Positions 37,201-52,503 of a DNA stretch of 64,000 nt are shown piece after piece; within the stretch, counting starts at the first letter, position 1, and each line of letters starts with the position of its first letter. This DNA comes from Chrysomallon squamiferum. Its lineage: Eukaryota > Animalia > Mollusca. A program made the position numbers and the translations under genes. The notes under the pieces are model-generated. The model made no database searches, was not told the DNA's origin, and saw nothing but the letters and a program-made list of their open reading frames with translations. Location of the stretch: positions 15,810,001 to 15,874,000 of the forward strand of contig CM022679.1 in the NCBI GenBank assembly GCA_012295275.1, written 5' to 3'.

Positions 37201-37463
37201 TATAGGTATTAATGAAGTTATAAAATGATAAATACTCATCTAATTATTTATCAGTCAGTAATTTAAGTGTTCTGCAGATTTTCTTTTCTTATATCTAATG
37301 CAATAAATGTCTGTGAAAAGTAAATATGTACATACCATCAAAATATAATTATGCTAAAAATATGTTTACTATTTGAGCAAACTATTTCATTAGTGTGAAA
37401 ATTAAGTTATGATGCTATCACAACCACTTATAAAAATAAACTTTTATAAAATGAAACCTTGGT

Positions 37464-40400
37464 TTAGTAACACATTTTTATTTTGATATCTGGTGATATC
37501 CAATCAAATATTACTGTATCTTCATGGGATTTCTTTTGTTCAGCCTCTTCAGATTCCTTTCGATGTTCTTCATTACCTAAAATAAAAGAATTAGTTAATG
37601 ACAGAAAGTAAATTATAGGTGTTTCCAAGGTAACTTCAGTCTTATTCAAAACACTGGGATAATTGTACTAATTACATGACGTACTTCTTTGTGTCAGTGA
37701 AACATAACATAAAAACATATCTAAATAATTAAGGCTAGAGCTTTAATTATTTGTTGACACTGTCAGAATTGAGAAGAAACAGATAATTATACACTTTTTA
37801 AAAATTAATATCATTGAAATTAAAAAAATAAAAGAATAATTAATGATACCATTAATTTGAAACCAGTGTTTTCAATGTTACATCATCAGTAGATGGACCC
37901 GTGTTGAAGTAAATGGATTTGAATTGTATCTAATAAGTTATCACATTTACGAATATCCATTCATCTTTTAAAATGTTTGAACTTTCAGCTAGAAACCATT
38001 ACTTTAAGATGTCTTATAAATAAACATGATGAATGCTCTAGTCATTGTAAGGACTGCACTGATGGTGGTTTCAGAAGGAAGTATCTTAAATATTTTTCAA
38101 ATGTCTACAATGTAATTGTGATAAGAATATAAATGTATTATTATGATCAGACATACCCTCAGCCAACAGTTTAGCAAGTCTCTTTTCAAAGTATCCAGAA
38201 ATCCGATCCATAATAGAATCGGTCATTATCCCATTCCTTTTTTCAGTGTAAAAATATTCTTTTCTATTTTTCCTGTTTTCTGCAAGTGGATCAACACAGG
38301 GTTTTTCTTCAAGCATCTCCTTGTTGCATTTTGTCTCGGGTGTACCCTCATAGGGTTTGGCTTCCTCTGTCTCCTTCCTGCATTTGTCTTCGGCTGAGTC
38401 AGTGGGGTATTTAATTTCTGAATTGTTAACGCTCTTTGTATCAGATTTAATTTGTTCAAACTCAGTCTTACTCATGCTTGACAACAAACTTCTCTTTTTT
38501 TCTGTTTTCACAGGTTCCCTTCGGGAGCTAAAATGAAAAAAGAAAAGAAGGAAAAATTTATTTGAAAGTGCTAATAATTAATGCACAATATTAGATTAAT
38601 GAATATTAAAATAAACAGACATTTGTATCAGAATAATGGCTATAGAAATCTGTAACAATAAAATTCATAAATAGCCTTATTAAACCTTTAAAAAAATGGG
38701 AAAATGTGCTGAAATAATTTGTACAAAATAAACTTATCTTATTAAGCTAATTATCAACATTTATACCTTATTGTAACAATTATTATGAAACATCAGATAT
38801 AATGTGATTTTATTTATTATCTTTAAATTATAAACAATTTGTATTAAATTTCATGATAACACATTAATATTATAAATTCATTTTGCTAATGAAGTTTAAT
38901 TACAAAACGTTGCGACAGGAAGTCATTTTTGCTCAAACTACAGACTTAAAATAATTATAAAATTGTTAAGGAGTGTGTACTGACTTGAAAAACAAAGCCA
39001 TTCTGGTAGAGGTGTCTTTAATTTGCTGATCAAGCCAGGCACGTCGTTCTTTAAAATCCTTATCATAGTCTTTACGAAACTCCACTGCCCTTTTCTCTTC
39101 TTCACTTACGAATGACTGAAATAACACAGTTTATTATAATTATTACTTGTTTGTAGATTTTTATTCTGACTCTGCTTTAATAGTTGTTAAATATAGTCTT
39201 ATCTTACACCATTGTGGGATCAAAGCTAAGCATTTGATTCAGTAAAATCTAATCTGTGTTTCAAGAAATATTTTACAAATTAGAAAATATTTGCTGTTGC
39301 AGATGGGCTGCCAATAAATGGTGATGCAGAACTGAAAATTAAATGAAGCACAGCAAACTATTCTGTCTGTATCACAATGAAAATTACAAGTACCAGTTTA
39401 ATGATCACTTAATTATAAACAGACTTCAACCCTAGGTCTGTTAATTATGTATCATTAAATAGTGGTTACGTTTAATCAGCAGCTGATGAATAAATTGTAA
39501 TTTAACTCTTACAAAATCATCATTCAAATGTTCTGGTTGTTTATCTTTTCCATACATTTCTTTTAGTTTATGTTCTAGTAGATGCATGGTAGATACAATT
39601 TGATTGTAATCATCCATCTACAATTAAAATAAAATAAAAAATAATTATAAATTAATTTAAAAAAAAATAATTCTTTAACAGTTTACATCAGTACGAGTTA
39701 AAATGTGTTTTTATGTTAGGAGATATTTTCATATATTTATTATTTTCAGTACATGGATAGTCCAAACAATAATTTCTATAATAATTTTAATTTTTTATTA
39801 ATTTGTAATTTAAATTAAACATTCTTATTTAACTTTTACCTTTGTTTCTGGTTGTGGTTCTTTCACTTTCTGATCAATTTCACGGATGGTTTTAATAAAT
39901 TTACTGTAATCAGTATTAAGATCCTTAGACATCTACAAAATACAGATCAATTTTCTTTCAGTTTTGCGTAACAAAAAATTAAAAACATTCAGCTATTTCT
40001 TCAAAGTCTATTTAATAGATGTCAAAATATGTTCAAAATAATACAAATTTTATTATTTTGATTACTTGTCTGTCAGTATTTAAAAACTCTTAGATTATCT
40101 AAATTATTCAAGTTAATAATCAATCCATGAGTTAAAAGATATTTTAATGATAAATGTGTAAGAAACCTGCAAATATATAAACAATACACACACATACACA
40201 CACATTCACACATACATGCACACACACCTTGTATTTATACATTTCTTATTACTGTGATATAACTACTTCTTTTTACATTTTTAATTAACTAAATATAGTT
40301 GATTTTAAGAACTGCAGATTCGTAGGACCCATACCGGCATCCGAGATATTTTCAATTCTGATAAACCAAGGTTAGGCATAACTTCTGTCTTAAAATGAGC

Positions 40401-43400
40401 AACTTTTTCTTCAATGTGACGAGATGTTACACAATTTCTCCATTCTTCAAAGGAAGGTAATTTCTATATATGTGTAAAGATAAATGAAAAAATAAAAATA
40501 ACAGATAGTTTGCAATAACTATTAAATAAATTAACTTTAATGATACCAAAAAACAGTTTTAAAAATTAAAAGTATATTAATCTGTAAATGTATGACAAAA
40601 TAAGAAAATGAAAAATCACTTTCTTTTATTCAGTCCTCCAAAATAAATTAAAAGTGTCTCTTTCAATATATTACTGATTTATTGTTATGTTTGTAATATA
40701 CAAACCTTAACATTTAAGACTGAAACCAGCTCTACAAACTTTCTATAGGTATTTATTAAGTTTTCCTCATTAATATCACTTTTCTTTTCTTTTAGTCGCT
40801 CTTCATAATGTTCATGCAGTCTGGATTAAAAAAATTAAAAAATGTATGTAAAGCCAAAACTGCTATATGTTTTATAGTGTTTTAAAAAGTTTCTAAATTT
40901 ATTTTATATATGTTTGTATATGTACATATATATATACATAAAATAAATTTAGGAACTTTACATTTTTGTGAATGTGTGAAAATTATTGATAAAAAGGATA
41001 TATAAAATATATTAAAAAAAAAATCCAAAACAAACCAAAATAAATTTATAATCTTTTGCTACAAGTAACAGTTTTTGCAAACATTGCTTACTTTTTTTCT
41101 TTTGTTTTCATATCACGTTCAGTAATCCAATTTTTAAACTGAAAACAAAATCAATATAAATCAAGCTACGTAACAGTTAATGAACAACAAAAAGAAGATA
41201 TCAGATAAATGAAAATAAAACTGTATTTTTAAAATATCTACATTATTTTAGTTTTAAATTTTTAATCCAAATTAAAATACTTGAATATTATGAGTAAACA
41301 AAAACTACTCTGATATCCATTTAAAAAATACAACTTACACGAGAATTACTTATTTAACTATTACCGTATTCTCATTCTCAAATTCTGCTTTGTTTTCTTT
41401 TATCTCTTTCATTGTCTGTGCAAGCTCCTTGAAGGCATCACTGAATTTGAAGTAATCACCTGGCTACAGACAAAAGAAACAAACAATTAAGTGCTCCATT
41501 ATGTTTTTATATTTAGTTCATTATCATAATAAACACTTATACTTCAGAAAACATTAATACAACTTAAAATATTTAACAACCAACAAAAATTACATTCATA
41601 ATAATATATGTGCTGAGTTACAAAATCCACTGTCCTTGTGTATCAAGATATCTTGCTGCAAGCAGATTGACACAGACATGTCAGGTCTCTTTCCTATGGT
41701 TGTTTTTGTAGCTGTTGCTTAGGCTTGTTATGCGTATTCCCAGCAATAACTTAAATAAGCATTAGGATCAAAATAATGGATCTCTGTCTTGTTTGTTAGT
41801 TTTAAATAAATATTTCTGAGAATGTACTGTTATTCAAATATGAGACTAAGGTTATATCAGTTTTGATTTTTTCAGTTTATATATTAACAGTACTGATTCT
41901 CCTTCCACTATACAATTATATGTGCTTTGGAACTGACTGATTCAGTAATATCATTTCACTTTAATTCTGACACTTGCTTTTTAAATCATTATTAATCACA
42001 GGCAATATCTACAACACTAAAATGCTATATAAATGTTACCTCTTTTATGTAATGCTTTTCTCCTACATCCTGCCTTTCAAATTTGTCTGCCTGTCCTGCC
42101 ACCTCCTCATTTATTATTTCACTGAGCTTTCCTTCTTCTTCATACAGTTTCCTTTCAATTAGATCACCAGCCTTTAAAATAACAAAAGTTAATGAACAAC
42201 TCATGAATCAAAAATGGTTTTCTTTTTCCACTTTTAGCTCTTTTTATTATTTCCATTATTTTAAATTACTCTGATCTCATAACTGCTAGTAGAATATTCA
42301 CACTAAACTTTAATTATCTCAGCATATTAATATAACAGAATATGCTACATGCTAAATGAACACATAACATTATATACCAGTGTATATATACTTACCAACT
42401 GCTTTGCTTTACTCCAGCGTTTTTCTACATTTAGTTCATCTTGATCATCCTGAATCTTTTTTTCATTTATTTTGCTGTAAATATCACTGATGCCATCCGC
42501 AAAAAGGGTCTGAGGAATTTCAGCCTAAAAGTATTGTATAATAATAAAATATAATTTTCAATACTTAATTTATTTTATTTATATGTGAATTTAAAAAATG
42601 AAAATAATAACTGTCATAGGGATCTGATTAAATGAAAATAATAAAAATAAATTAAACACATAAAATAGGAGTATAAAAATTTGTTAAAAACTTGAAACTG
42701 AAATATCAGATGCTTCCATGAAATAAAATAATAGAGCATGAATATAAATAACCAGTAAAGGTTTATTCAGCATTCAGTGATAACAAATTAAGATACAGTA
42801 TATTTAATTTCAAAGATTTTTTGCCAACTGAAACTAATTTCTAATAAAAAAAAGAGAAAAAAAACAAAAAGAAAAAAGAAATAAAAGAAAATAAATAAAA
42901 AATGTATATACAGCACATTCATATGTTTGAACATTTACCCTATAATTGGTTAAACCACTCTCATATAAGGTTTTCCATCCATCAAATCTTCCTTTAATAC
43001 TTTCTTTGGTTTCTTTGTCCATTGATAAACCGTGTTCAAATACCATTTCTTCTTCCATTTTATCCTGGGAATAATGGAAATAAATGCATGGCAATTATTA
43101 TTCTGCTGTTGAAACTGCTTGATTTAATCTGAATTTTAAGTGAAAAAAGGAAATGCAATGGGCATTTGATTATTTTTAATTATTTATCATTATTATTATG
43201 TACTTCATAAATGAATTCATATGTTCAAGACATTTTGCTATTCATTATTTTATAAAACTTAAATTATTTGTATTTAATTATATTCACCTTTGGGGATGTC
43301 CATTTGCTTGGCGGATAGGCAGGAATTGGCTCATGCATCAGCCAATATTCAGAATTATCAAAATTCCATTTTTTTGCTTTGGAATTTTCATTCTGGCGAT

Positions 43401-46400
43401 GCATCTCAGAATTCTCCTCTTGTTTTTTCTGATCATTAAACATTTGAGGCAGTTCACTGTGAATATGTTTTTCTTTAAACATATGGAAGGAATCTGCATT
43501 TTGGACTTGTTTTGGTTCAGACTGTTTTACTTTATTCAGATTTTCATCATTTTCCATTTCAATCTTGAAAAAAAAAAAAAAAGAAGAAGAAAGAAAATTA
43601 TAGATTACAAACAAATGAAAAGATAAAAATTAACAAAAGAAAATAATCTCATTGTATCCTGTATAAGTAGAATATCACATTAAATACTTAAGAAGAAACA
43701 TTAATTATAAACAACAATAAAGCTTTACCTCTTTCAGAGTTAGTTCCTGTGCTCGGCGAATAAAATCACAACATTTTGCTCTCTCTGTCTGTTTATTGGG
43801 TAAAGAAAAATATGCTGATTAAAATTAAAACATGTTTTCCTCCTGTTGATAAACTAAACTAAAGTTTTCACCTGCAATGAAATAATATTAATACTTGACA
43901 TTATATGATGACCAGCACATATCAACTTTTGATTAGATCTGTAATTTAGACCTGTAGCTTAAATTTGTAGGAAATGACACCGGGCAAAAATGTCTAATAA
44001 ATGAAGTAATATTAAATATATTATAGTGTTTACCTTAAGTATAAGTAATAAATTTTACTATCAAAATAAATTATTGAAAACTATGTTAATAACAAACAAA
44101 TGTATATAAAGAAAATGATACTTACAAACATTTGTGAAATGTAACATTCCTTGTTCACATTATAGTCACTTCTGGCTTTCCACTCTTCATGCACAGGGAA
44201 TCCAAAATATTCTTTTTCTGTGACAGAATGTGAAATACTTGTTACAAACACATCTACAGATACAGTTTATCAATTCAAAACTGCTTTTTGCTCTTATGCT
44301 TAACATCATAGAATGTTAAAATATATATAATGAATAATATATTTTATTTTAGTAAATTAAACTGTTTAATTATTCAAAACAGTTTGTTGTTATGTAAATA
44401 CATCATATATATATATACTGAGTGTAGAAGAAACAAAATACAAGCAAATGTTACTTACAAATATAACATTACTTACTGTCAACAGATCCATTATCTCCTG
44501 ATGTTTCAGGCATCTTAATATCCTGAAAATATTTCAAGGTCTCTGTTCAAACTTTAATATAATTTTTATAAAGTATAACAGCTTAAAATTAAAGTAAAGA
44601 AGCATTTATTTTACTAACATGTGGTAATCACTTTAAATAGTTATTTATTTAATTATTCTTCTAATACATCTTTACACAAATAAAACCATACAAGAACAGC
44701 AGTTATAAGCAGTTTAATAAATGACAGAATAAAAAGCATCTATCTTGTACACTTTTTATTTATTTTTACCTCTGAACTAGAAGACAGTGATGCATCTGAG
44801 ATATCTCTTGCTGCAAAAAAAAAATATAATAATAATAATAATAACATTTCTTCATAGCAGTCTGAAGTATTTATTCAAATAAATTAATAAACTTATTAAT
44901 AAAATAAATAATCAAATATATAAATGAAAACTAAATATAGCAATTGCCATCAACATATTTCTTTATTTATATGCAAGTTAAATAACAAATATGTTTTGTA
45001 AAAAAGGTTATTTGTTAAAAGATTAAGCCATCAGATTATTTAAATTTCTAAATATAAAAAGAAGATATTTTTTAAATTAGTAATAATACTATTCATAAAC
45101 ATTTTTCACCATCAGACTCAAGGAAATTGGTATCACCTTCCTCCTGAAAAATATAAAATATGTCATAAACAAATTGTGTTCTGTAAATTAGAAAATATTT
45201 GAAATATATTTCAGAATATATATTTTTTAAAAGTGACTACTTTTCTAAAGATTAAAAAATGCAATGTTGTTACAAAACAAATTTATATAGAACTTATTTT
45301 ATTCTACAGGTATATTACTAAACTGACATAATGTTTATGTAATTAATGTCTAAAATTATTATTTATTTAACTAATTACACTTACATTTCTGTTTTTTGGC
45401 GCATCTTCAGGATTTATGCCTTTTGCAGTATGAAGCAGTTCTCTAAAAACAAAGTCAAATAAATTTAATATAACCATATTTTTATTTATTATTATTAGTA
45501 GTAGTAATGTTATTATTATTATTAATAATATTATAATTTAAACTAAAAAAAAAGGTTTTCTTCTAATTTGATAAAGAGAAGAAATATTCAAAATGGTTAC
45601 TTCCCATGAGGATTACATTCCACTGATGCTATAAGCACAGTCATATTCTGATGTCCCTTTTAAAGCCTTTTTGGGGGGCCTAGCTAACTGAGGCAGTAGT
45701 ATTCTTTTCTTACATTCTTTTTTTAACAGTTGATTCAGATATTAACTGGATCATAGACCACAAACTAGAAAAAGACACATGGGAAAATCTCCTTATTTAA
45801 AGTTTATATATATGGTTATTTTGCTTACTAGTTAGTCCAAGATTGACAATTTGTACAACAGTTCAAATTAAATATGGCAACCAAAAATGTCTGAGTTCCC
45901 TTTATGCCCCGAGCACGTGTTAATTCTGCTTAATGGTTAAATTAGAACTATCCTTCCATCAAAAGATGATTACTTAATTATTAAATTAATTGTCAGCATA
46001 CTTAAACATAAAAAGATTAATGGAAAGAACACACAACAAACAATTCTCTTAATTATTTCGTAAACAAAGTAAATTATTTAAAATCAAATAAAGAACGGAA
46101 GAAAGAAAATATTAATGATAAAGACGTTTGCAAACATATTTTATGAATTACATTTTATGTAGGATTTATCAGAATAGATAACCAAAATTCTATAAAATCA
46201 CTAAATTGATACATTATTCACATTATATTTGTTTTAAATACATTTACTGTGATGTGTTTTTAATTATAAGGTTGTCAGACACAATGAGAAACAGAAACCT
46301 ATAGAAAATATGACTACAGTATTACTTAATGTATGTTAGTAACTAGATGTTTTAGTTATTAATTTTAAATTATAAAATAAAAAGAAAGAAGAACTGTATT

Positions 46401-46653
46401 GTTTATTTAATTTCTTCATTTTCAAATTATATATCTGCAATTAAAATTTCTTAACAGATTAACACTAAGAATAGATGAAATGACATTCGTTACAATGGCG
46501 TTACCTGTCCACATGTCGTTTTGACTGATTTCGATATTTTCGTCGTGGTTTCTGTTTCATTTCTTCTTCTCTATTGGTAAATACATCTGGAGTAGATACA
46601 CATGGGTATTTTGTTAGGATATTCCCTTCCAGAAATTTAAAATTTGCATTCAT
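37464..46653 (-). CDS. Uncharacterised charged, probably helical or coiled-coil protein, ~19 coding exons, ~720-760 aa
   Basis: Phase-consistent GT-AG exon chain (minus): 46505-46653 (start uncertain), 45385-45442, 45110-45143, 44770-44810, 44477-44522, 44126-44253, 43729-43788, 43288-43563, 42939-43064, 42396-42524, 42040-42171, 41365-41463, 41092-41138, 40706-40820, 40335-40463, 39840-39932, 38985-39115, 38157-38527, 37464-37576. This gives 2277 nt with no internal stop. An alternative start is the ATG at 45644 in optional exon 45601-45764. No domain recognised. Confidence 0.8.
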
Positions 46654-47469
46654 AGTTAGCGCAATAAAAACTTCGTCGGCCTTTATTGCTATCACTATGG
46701 AAATATGTATGATAAGGGAGACAACTAGCTCAGTGTTGGTTTCATGATTGTATTACAGCGGTTGCAAAAAATAATCCCTTCGTACATGTGTTTTGGATGT
46801 CAAATTAGAAAACAGTTTGATTTACTTAATAATACTAGTTTTAAGAGCCTTTGAACATATGAGTCAGAGCACAGATTATCTAAAACATAACGGTTTCTAG
46901 TTGTTTCTGTGTAATTCATACGCAAATACCCAGCATTCATCTATTTTTCTGTACTCGTATAAGTCACGACACTCAATAGAGAGCATCGCTGTAAGTTTAT
47001 ATAATAATAATAATAAAATAATGAATACAAAATATCAGAACAAACTTTTATGTAATTAAAAAAAAGTTAAAACGACTTGGGTGCAAATACTTTATATTAT
47101 ATTATATTATATTGTATTATATTATATTATATTGTGACTTGTATTAAACAGCTAACATTGGAGGATGTATAATATCTTCTAATTGATCAAAATAAACAAA
47201 GCCAACAAAAAACTATATGAAATTAGGAAATAACAGAACGTCATAAGAACCAAATTAGTAACATATAAATAAATGAAATAAACATTCGCACACGTACATA
47301 CACAAATAGTCATTATGCAGTAGATGATGGAAATAAATAAGAGAGAAACAGAAAAACTGATAGATATTCTAAATGACGACGACGATGGTGATAATGATGA
47401 TGATAAAATACATCACAAAAAGAAAAATGCATAAAGAAATAAATGAAATAAAAATAGACTAAAAATTAT

Positions 47470-47540
47470 TTTATTTATTTATTATTACAACAACAACAAC
47501 AATTAGTTTTACTACTACTAAAACTACTACCACTACTACA

Positions 47541-47576
<36 letters not shown>

Positions 47577-47592
47577 GTTATTGTTGTTGTTG

Positions 47593-47650
<58 letters not shown>

Positions 47651-47655
47651 CATCA
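47470..47655. repeat. Compound trinucleotide microsatellite (ACA/ACT/ATT/GTT)
   Basis: Read directly. Confidence 0.9.
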
Positions 47656-48099
47656 ATGTTATGTGTGTATGTATGTTTGTAAGTATATATATATATATTA
47701 AAGTTATTTTCTGGAGGCTGGGTTCATTGTTTGTGTTATTTTTTCTGTGATGAGCGTTCTGCTATAAAATTACTTTCATCTACAACATTATCAGATAAAA
47801 CATTCATGCCATCATTTTCTCAAACGTTAATATCAAATATTAACACTTAGCTGAAGATGCTGAAACACTTGCCAAAATGATTTTTCCCTCAGTTACCTGT
47901 GAACGTCTTCCTTGACTGAATATATTTCTTTAATAATATTGAGCATTCATAAATATTTCAAAGGCATGGATTATTGATTATAAGTTCTGAATCTAGAAAA
48001 GGCAGTTTTCTTATAATAGTATGTTAATAATTCTTAATAATATTAACTTCTGAAAGAAACGATCTATAATAGTAGGGTTTCGTGTAAAAAAAACATCGT

Positions 48100-48655
48100 T
48101 GTGCATGTATGCATATGGGTTTACCAGTGTTTATGTGTGTCTATATGTATGAGGGTCTATGTGTATAAGTGTTTGTATGTGTGTATGTATGTGTATACGT
48201 GTTTGTGTGCATATGAATACATGTGTTCGGGTGTCTATATGTATATGTGAATGTAAGTATGTATGCATGTGTGTTTGTATGTGTATACGCATTTGTGTGT
48301 ATATTTTTATGAATGTGTATGTGAATACGTGTTTTATATGTATGAGTGTGTACATATATACGTGTTTGTGTTTATTTATATGTATGAATGTTAATGTATG
48401 AATGTATACGTGGTTTGTGTATGTCTATGAGTGTATATGTGTATAAGTGTTTTTATGTACGTATGTATCTGTATACATGTTTGTGAGGGTGTATATGAAT
48501 GAGTTTGTATGTGTATGAGTTTATGAATATGAATGTATGTGTATACGTGTTTGTGTTTGCATGTGTATGAATATGTATACGTGTTTTGTGTGTATGTGTA
48601 TGAACGTGTATGTGTACACGTGTTTGTGTGTATATGTGTATTTATGTGTGTATCG
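48100..48655. repeat. Degenerate TG/TA low-complexity tract
   Basis: Repeated TGTATACGTGTTTGTG-like units; source of spurious C/V/M-rich ORFs. Confidence 0.9.
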
Positions 48656-49186
48656 TGGCACTGAAAATGGATTCATTTTCATTTTTATCAGCTGGCTGTA
48701 GAAGGCATCTTAAAAATAATCTCTGCAGAAATCTCTATTAAATGTTGAGAGAAAATGTTTTTCACTTTCTAACTAATTCGGAGCCTCCACTAAGAAATCA
48801 AATCGGTCTATAATAATTAAATAAGTTCAGTGTAAGTGAACCATCTGATTTAATTTCCGACATGGAGATCTCGGTCTGCACCAGTGATGCACACTGACTA
48901 CTTAATAATTTGTTTAATAATAACATTTTTGCTCTTCCAATACTCTAGTCAAAATTGCATTTTATTACTCTTAAAATGTTCCTACATACGAAACGTATAC
49001 ATATATACTTACACAAAAAAAAAAAAGCCTAAAAATAAAACAACAACAAAAAACATATTTGACGACCGAATATTTCTTAATATACCGTTCTGTATATCGT
49101 CACATCAAACTGTGTATGACATTTTCTCCTCCATCCTCTTTCTTTCTTTTTTTTTTTTTTTTTTTCTAAAAAGATAAAGGCTCATA

Positions 49187-49657
49187 CCGTAAAATCTATT
49201 AGTCAAATTTTATCGTGCTATTTTGAAGTATTCGAGTTAGGCCATGTTCGCCTAAAACACTCACATAATTGTATCAACTGCCTGATTATGCAGAAGAAAA
49301 CTTCGAGTCAAATGTATTTCGACTTATGTGCACTTTGAATTGCAGCCAAAAGCACGTCCAGCTGATTTCTTTGGTGATTCGCTTGTCAAATATTCAAAAC
49401 ATTTTCTTCTTCAGCTTTTTTTTTTAACATAATAGTAATAATAAACTCCCACCCCCAAAAAAAAAAAAAAAAAAAAAAAAAAACTATTACACAATTACTT
49501 CTTAATAAACACCTTGCCCCCTTAATATAGCTTTTAATTATGGCTGCATATGAAGTATGCTCGGGAAGAAGCCACCAGCCATTTCACAGCTTTTAACTGA
49601 ATTTCTAATTTTTTTTTCTTAAAATAACTCAAAATTAACGCGCCGCGGGAAATACGG
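49187..49657. mobile_element. Possible degenerate TA-flanked MITE
   Basis: TA-CCGTA ... TACGG-TA ends with CpG-rich subtermini, but only ~5 bp of perfect inverted match. Confidence 0.3.
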
Positions 49658-50764
49658 TAATGGTTTCCTCGATAACACGTGTAATTGGCGAATGCTTTAT
49701 CTCAAGTGAAGACATTTAGTAGGATTCTGTTTTCGCGCCAAAGTTTACTGCTGGGCAGACGAATGTCAGGTTTTTATATCACCAGTGATACTTTTTTATT
49801 TTTTATTTTTATTTTTATTATTTTTTTTTTATATTTTGTTCAATAGAAATGCTTTTAAATCTGCTAACATGGTAATTTTCTCCTGCTTGTTTTCATGTGA
49901 GAACAAAATGCACTGTGGGTTGAGATTAATGCCATTAATAAAATCTGATGAAATAGCTGTTTTATTAATTTTGTATTTCGGGCACAACGTAGGGTCTAAA
50001 CTAGGGTTTCATTAAGAAAACGAAAAACAGGGGCACCCTCACCGAATAACTTTCCAAACGATGGTTCAGTTACTAAGAAAAATGTCGATCGAAAATATTA
50101 AGGGTGTCGTTCACCCCGCATATATGTCCAGAAACAAAATACAAAACAGATTAGATTGTGATGAATTAACACACGGCCCTTTTTTGATGTCGTTAACTTT
50201 CTTCATGATATGGAAATAATGTTCGTGCGAACATGGAACAAAACACCATGATGTACTAGAATCAATATAAAAAATTAGTTCTACTGTTCATGTTGATATG
50301 AAAAGATTTGTCCGATGACGCTTTCTAATTCTGCTACTTATGACCTGTAATTATCACATAAGCGAATTCCTGTTTATGAGAAAATGTAACCATTTCGTTG
50401 ATTAGCAAATATTAAAAATATCTAATAGTCTGAATAAATTATCCTCTTTATCACGAATATTTTAATATCGAAATAATCTAAACAAAAATCGGACGTTTCT
50501 TTCAATGACTAAATCTACAAAATTAAAATATTCGAGTTAAGGATTTGTGTATGTGTGCGCATGTGCTTAGTAGTGTATTATCATGGATAGTAAAAGATAA
50601 AATTAATATTAAGTTTTGTTCGTGTTAATTATAGATTGTTAATCACAAAGGCAGGTAGATAATAAGATAGAATGAATAATAAATGAATGCTTAACGACAC
50701 CTCAACAAATAAAAATATATTAGCATATTTCGACGGACGGACTTAGCTGTCAAACATACAGATA

Positions 50765-50911
50765 AAGATACATACGTATACACATACACACGCATACATT
50801 AACACATACACACATTCACACACATACGTACACATACATGCGCACGTACGTATGTGCATACCCACTCATACATACACTCAAATATACAAATATATACATA
50901 ATATGCCGCGT

Positions 50912-50944
<33 letters not shown>

Positions 50945-51140
50945 CACACACGTACATACATACATACAAAAACATACATGTGTACGTAATTACATACATC
51001 ACAGACAGTTGCACATATATACACATACATAATGTGTAAAGCAGCCAAGCATGCAAATACACATAAACACACAGACACATATATCGACATAAATGCACAG
51101 TATAGATAAAAAGTCTTACAGCATATATCGACATAAAACA
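50765..51140. repeat. Degenerate CA/TA low-complexity tract
   Basis: Read directly. Confidence 0.85.
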
Positions 51141-52055
51141 TTATTTTGTATCACCACTGATAATTTGTGGGATAACCTAATGTTGTTGAAATGATTCGAA
51201 TAGGCTGAGCAAGAATAGTAACTTTACTTGAAAACTTCAACCTGGATACGATATCGTACCACTTGGAGTACACAGGAAACAACAGTGTAGAGCTAAACCT
51301 GCAAAAAGCTAACTGGCCTTTTGTAGCCTGATGTATATTTATTTTTCGTTCCTTGTTTTGAAACAGTACGAAGTTTTAACTATCTCGAGCATAAACACAG
51401 GTAGATACACTGATATATATAGCTGAAATACACGAAGAAGAAAGCTTTGCAAAAAGATACATTTGCAAAAGTGACGGAATATTTGTAACGTACTTTTTGT
51501 GGATTATTTTTCCTCCGATGTTGATCGTGAAGCGAGAGAAAGAGGTAAGTTTATATACTGTCAACTCACTCATGTGGCCGAATGTGGGTCATTCCTCTTG
51601 TTCAGTGGTGTGTAGTAGGATTTAGCTTTACATTTACCAAACAGATGCTTTTATTTATATCGGTGGTAATTAGAATCTCTAAATACGTTTTTTTCTATTC
51701 ATTGTTCAGTAACGAAAGAAACAGTGATTGATGGCAAACATGTATTGATTCTGTTAATTAAATAGACATCTACAGAATTTGAAAAAAATAATTTATAACA
51801 GCATCTGCAGTAAGAACATATGTATTTTCGGATAAAAATTCTGTTGAAATACTAAGAGAGTTGGCGCTATTTAGGGACTGACGGATATTTCTATTATTTT
51901 TGCTATTTGTTTAGAAGAAGCAGTACGATAAGTTATAATTAGCAACATAATTTGAAAAATATTATCCATTATCATCTTTTGTTGGCGGATTTCGTTGTGG
52001 CGGTGTGCATATGTCACTTTCGTAGTTGTTGTTGTCCTTCTTCTTCTTCTTCTTT

Positions 52056-52091
<36 letters not shown>

Positions 52092-52407
52092 TTATTAGGG
52101 TTTTGTTTTAAATTTCAAAATATTATTTCGAATACGGGTAAAGATATTTTATGACGAAACTCATTTCATCGTGAAGGTTATTATCTGCAACAACAGTTAC
52201 ATCTTTCTTCCTTCTAAAACGCGTGTCTGCACGTTCCTACCACATAGAGAGCCTGTCTGACATGGAAAACAAAAACACATCAGTATTATTGTTGTTATTC
52301 TTTAGTCTGTGAAAGAAGCAGTTCTGCAAGTTTATGACTAGTAATGTACATCGAGATTTTATTACCTACCTCCTACAGAGCTTCTTTCGCAGTCTCTCAC
52401 AATGTTA

Positions 52408-52503
52408 CACTGATGTAGGAAATATGCATTATGTAATTTTAAACCTCTTCTTCTGTGCCACTGATGTAGAAAATATTTATTATGTAATCCTAAACCTTAT
52501 CTT
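52408..52503. repeat. ~51-bp imperfect tandem duplication
   Basis: CACTGATGTAGGAAATATGCATTATGTAATTTTAAACCT and CACTGATGTAGAAAATATTTATTATGTAATCCTAAACCT. Confidence 0.8.
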
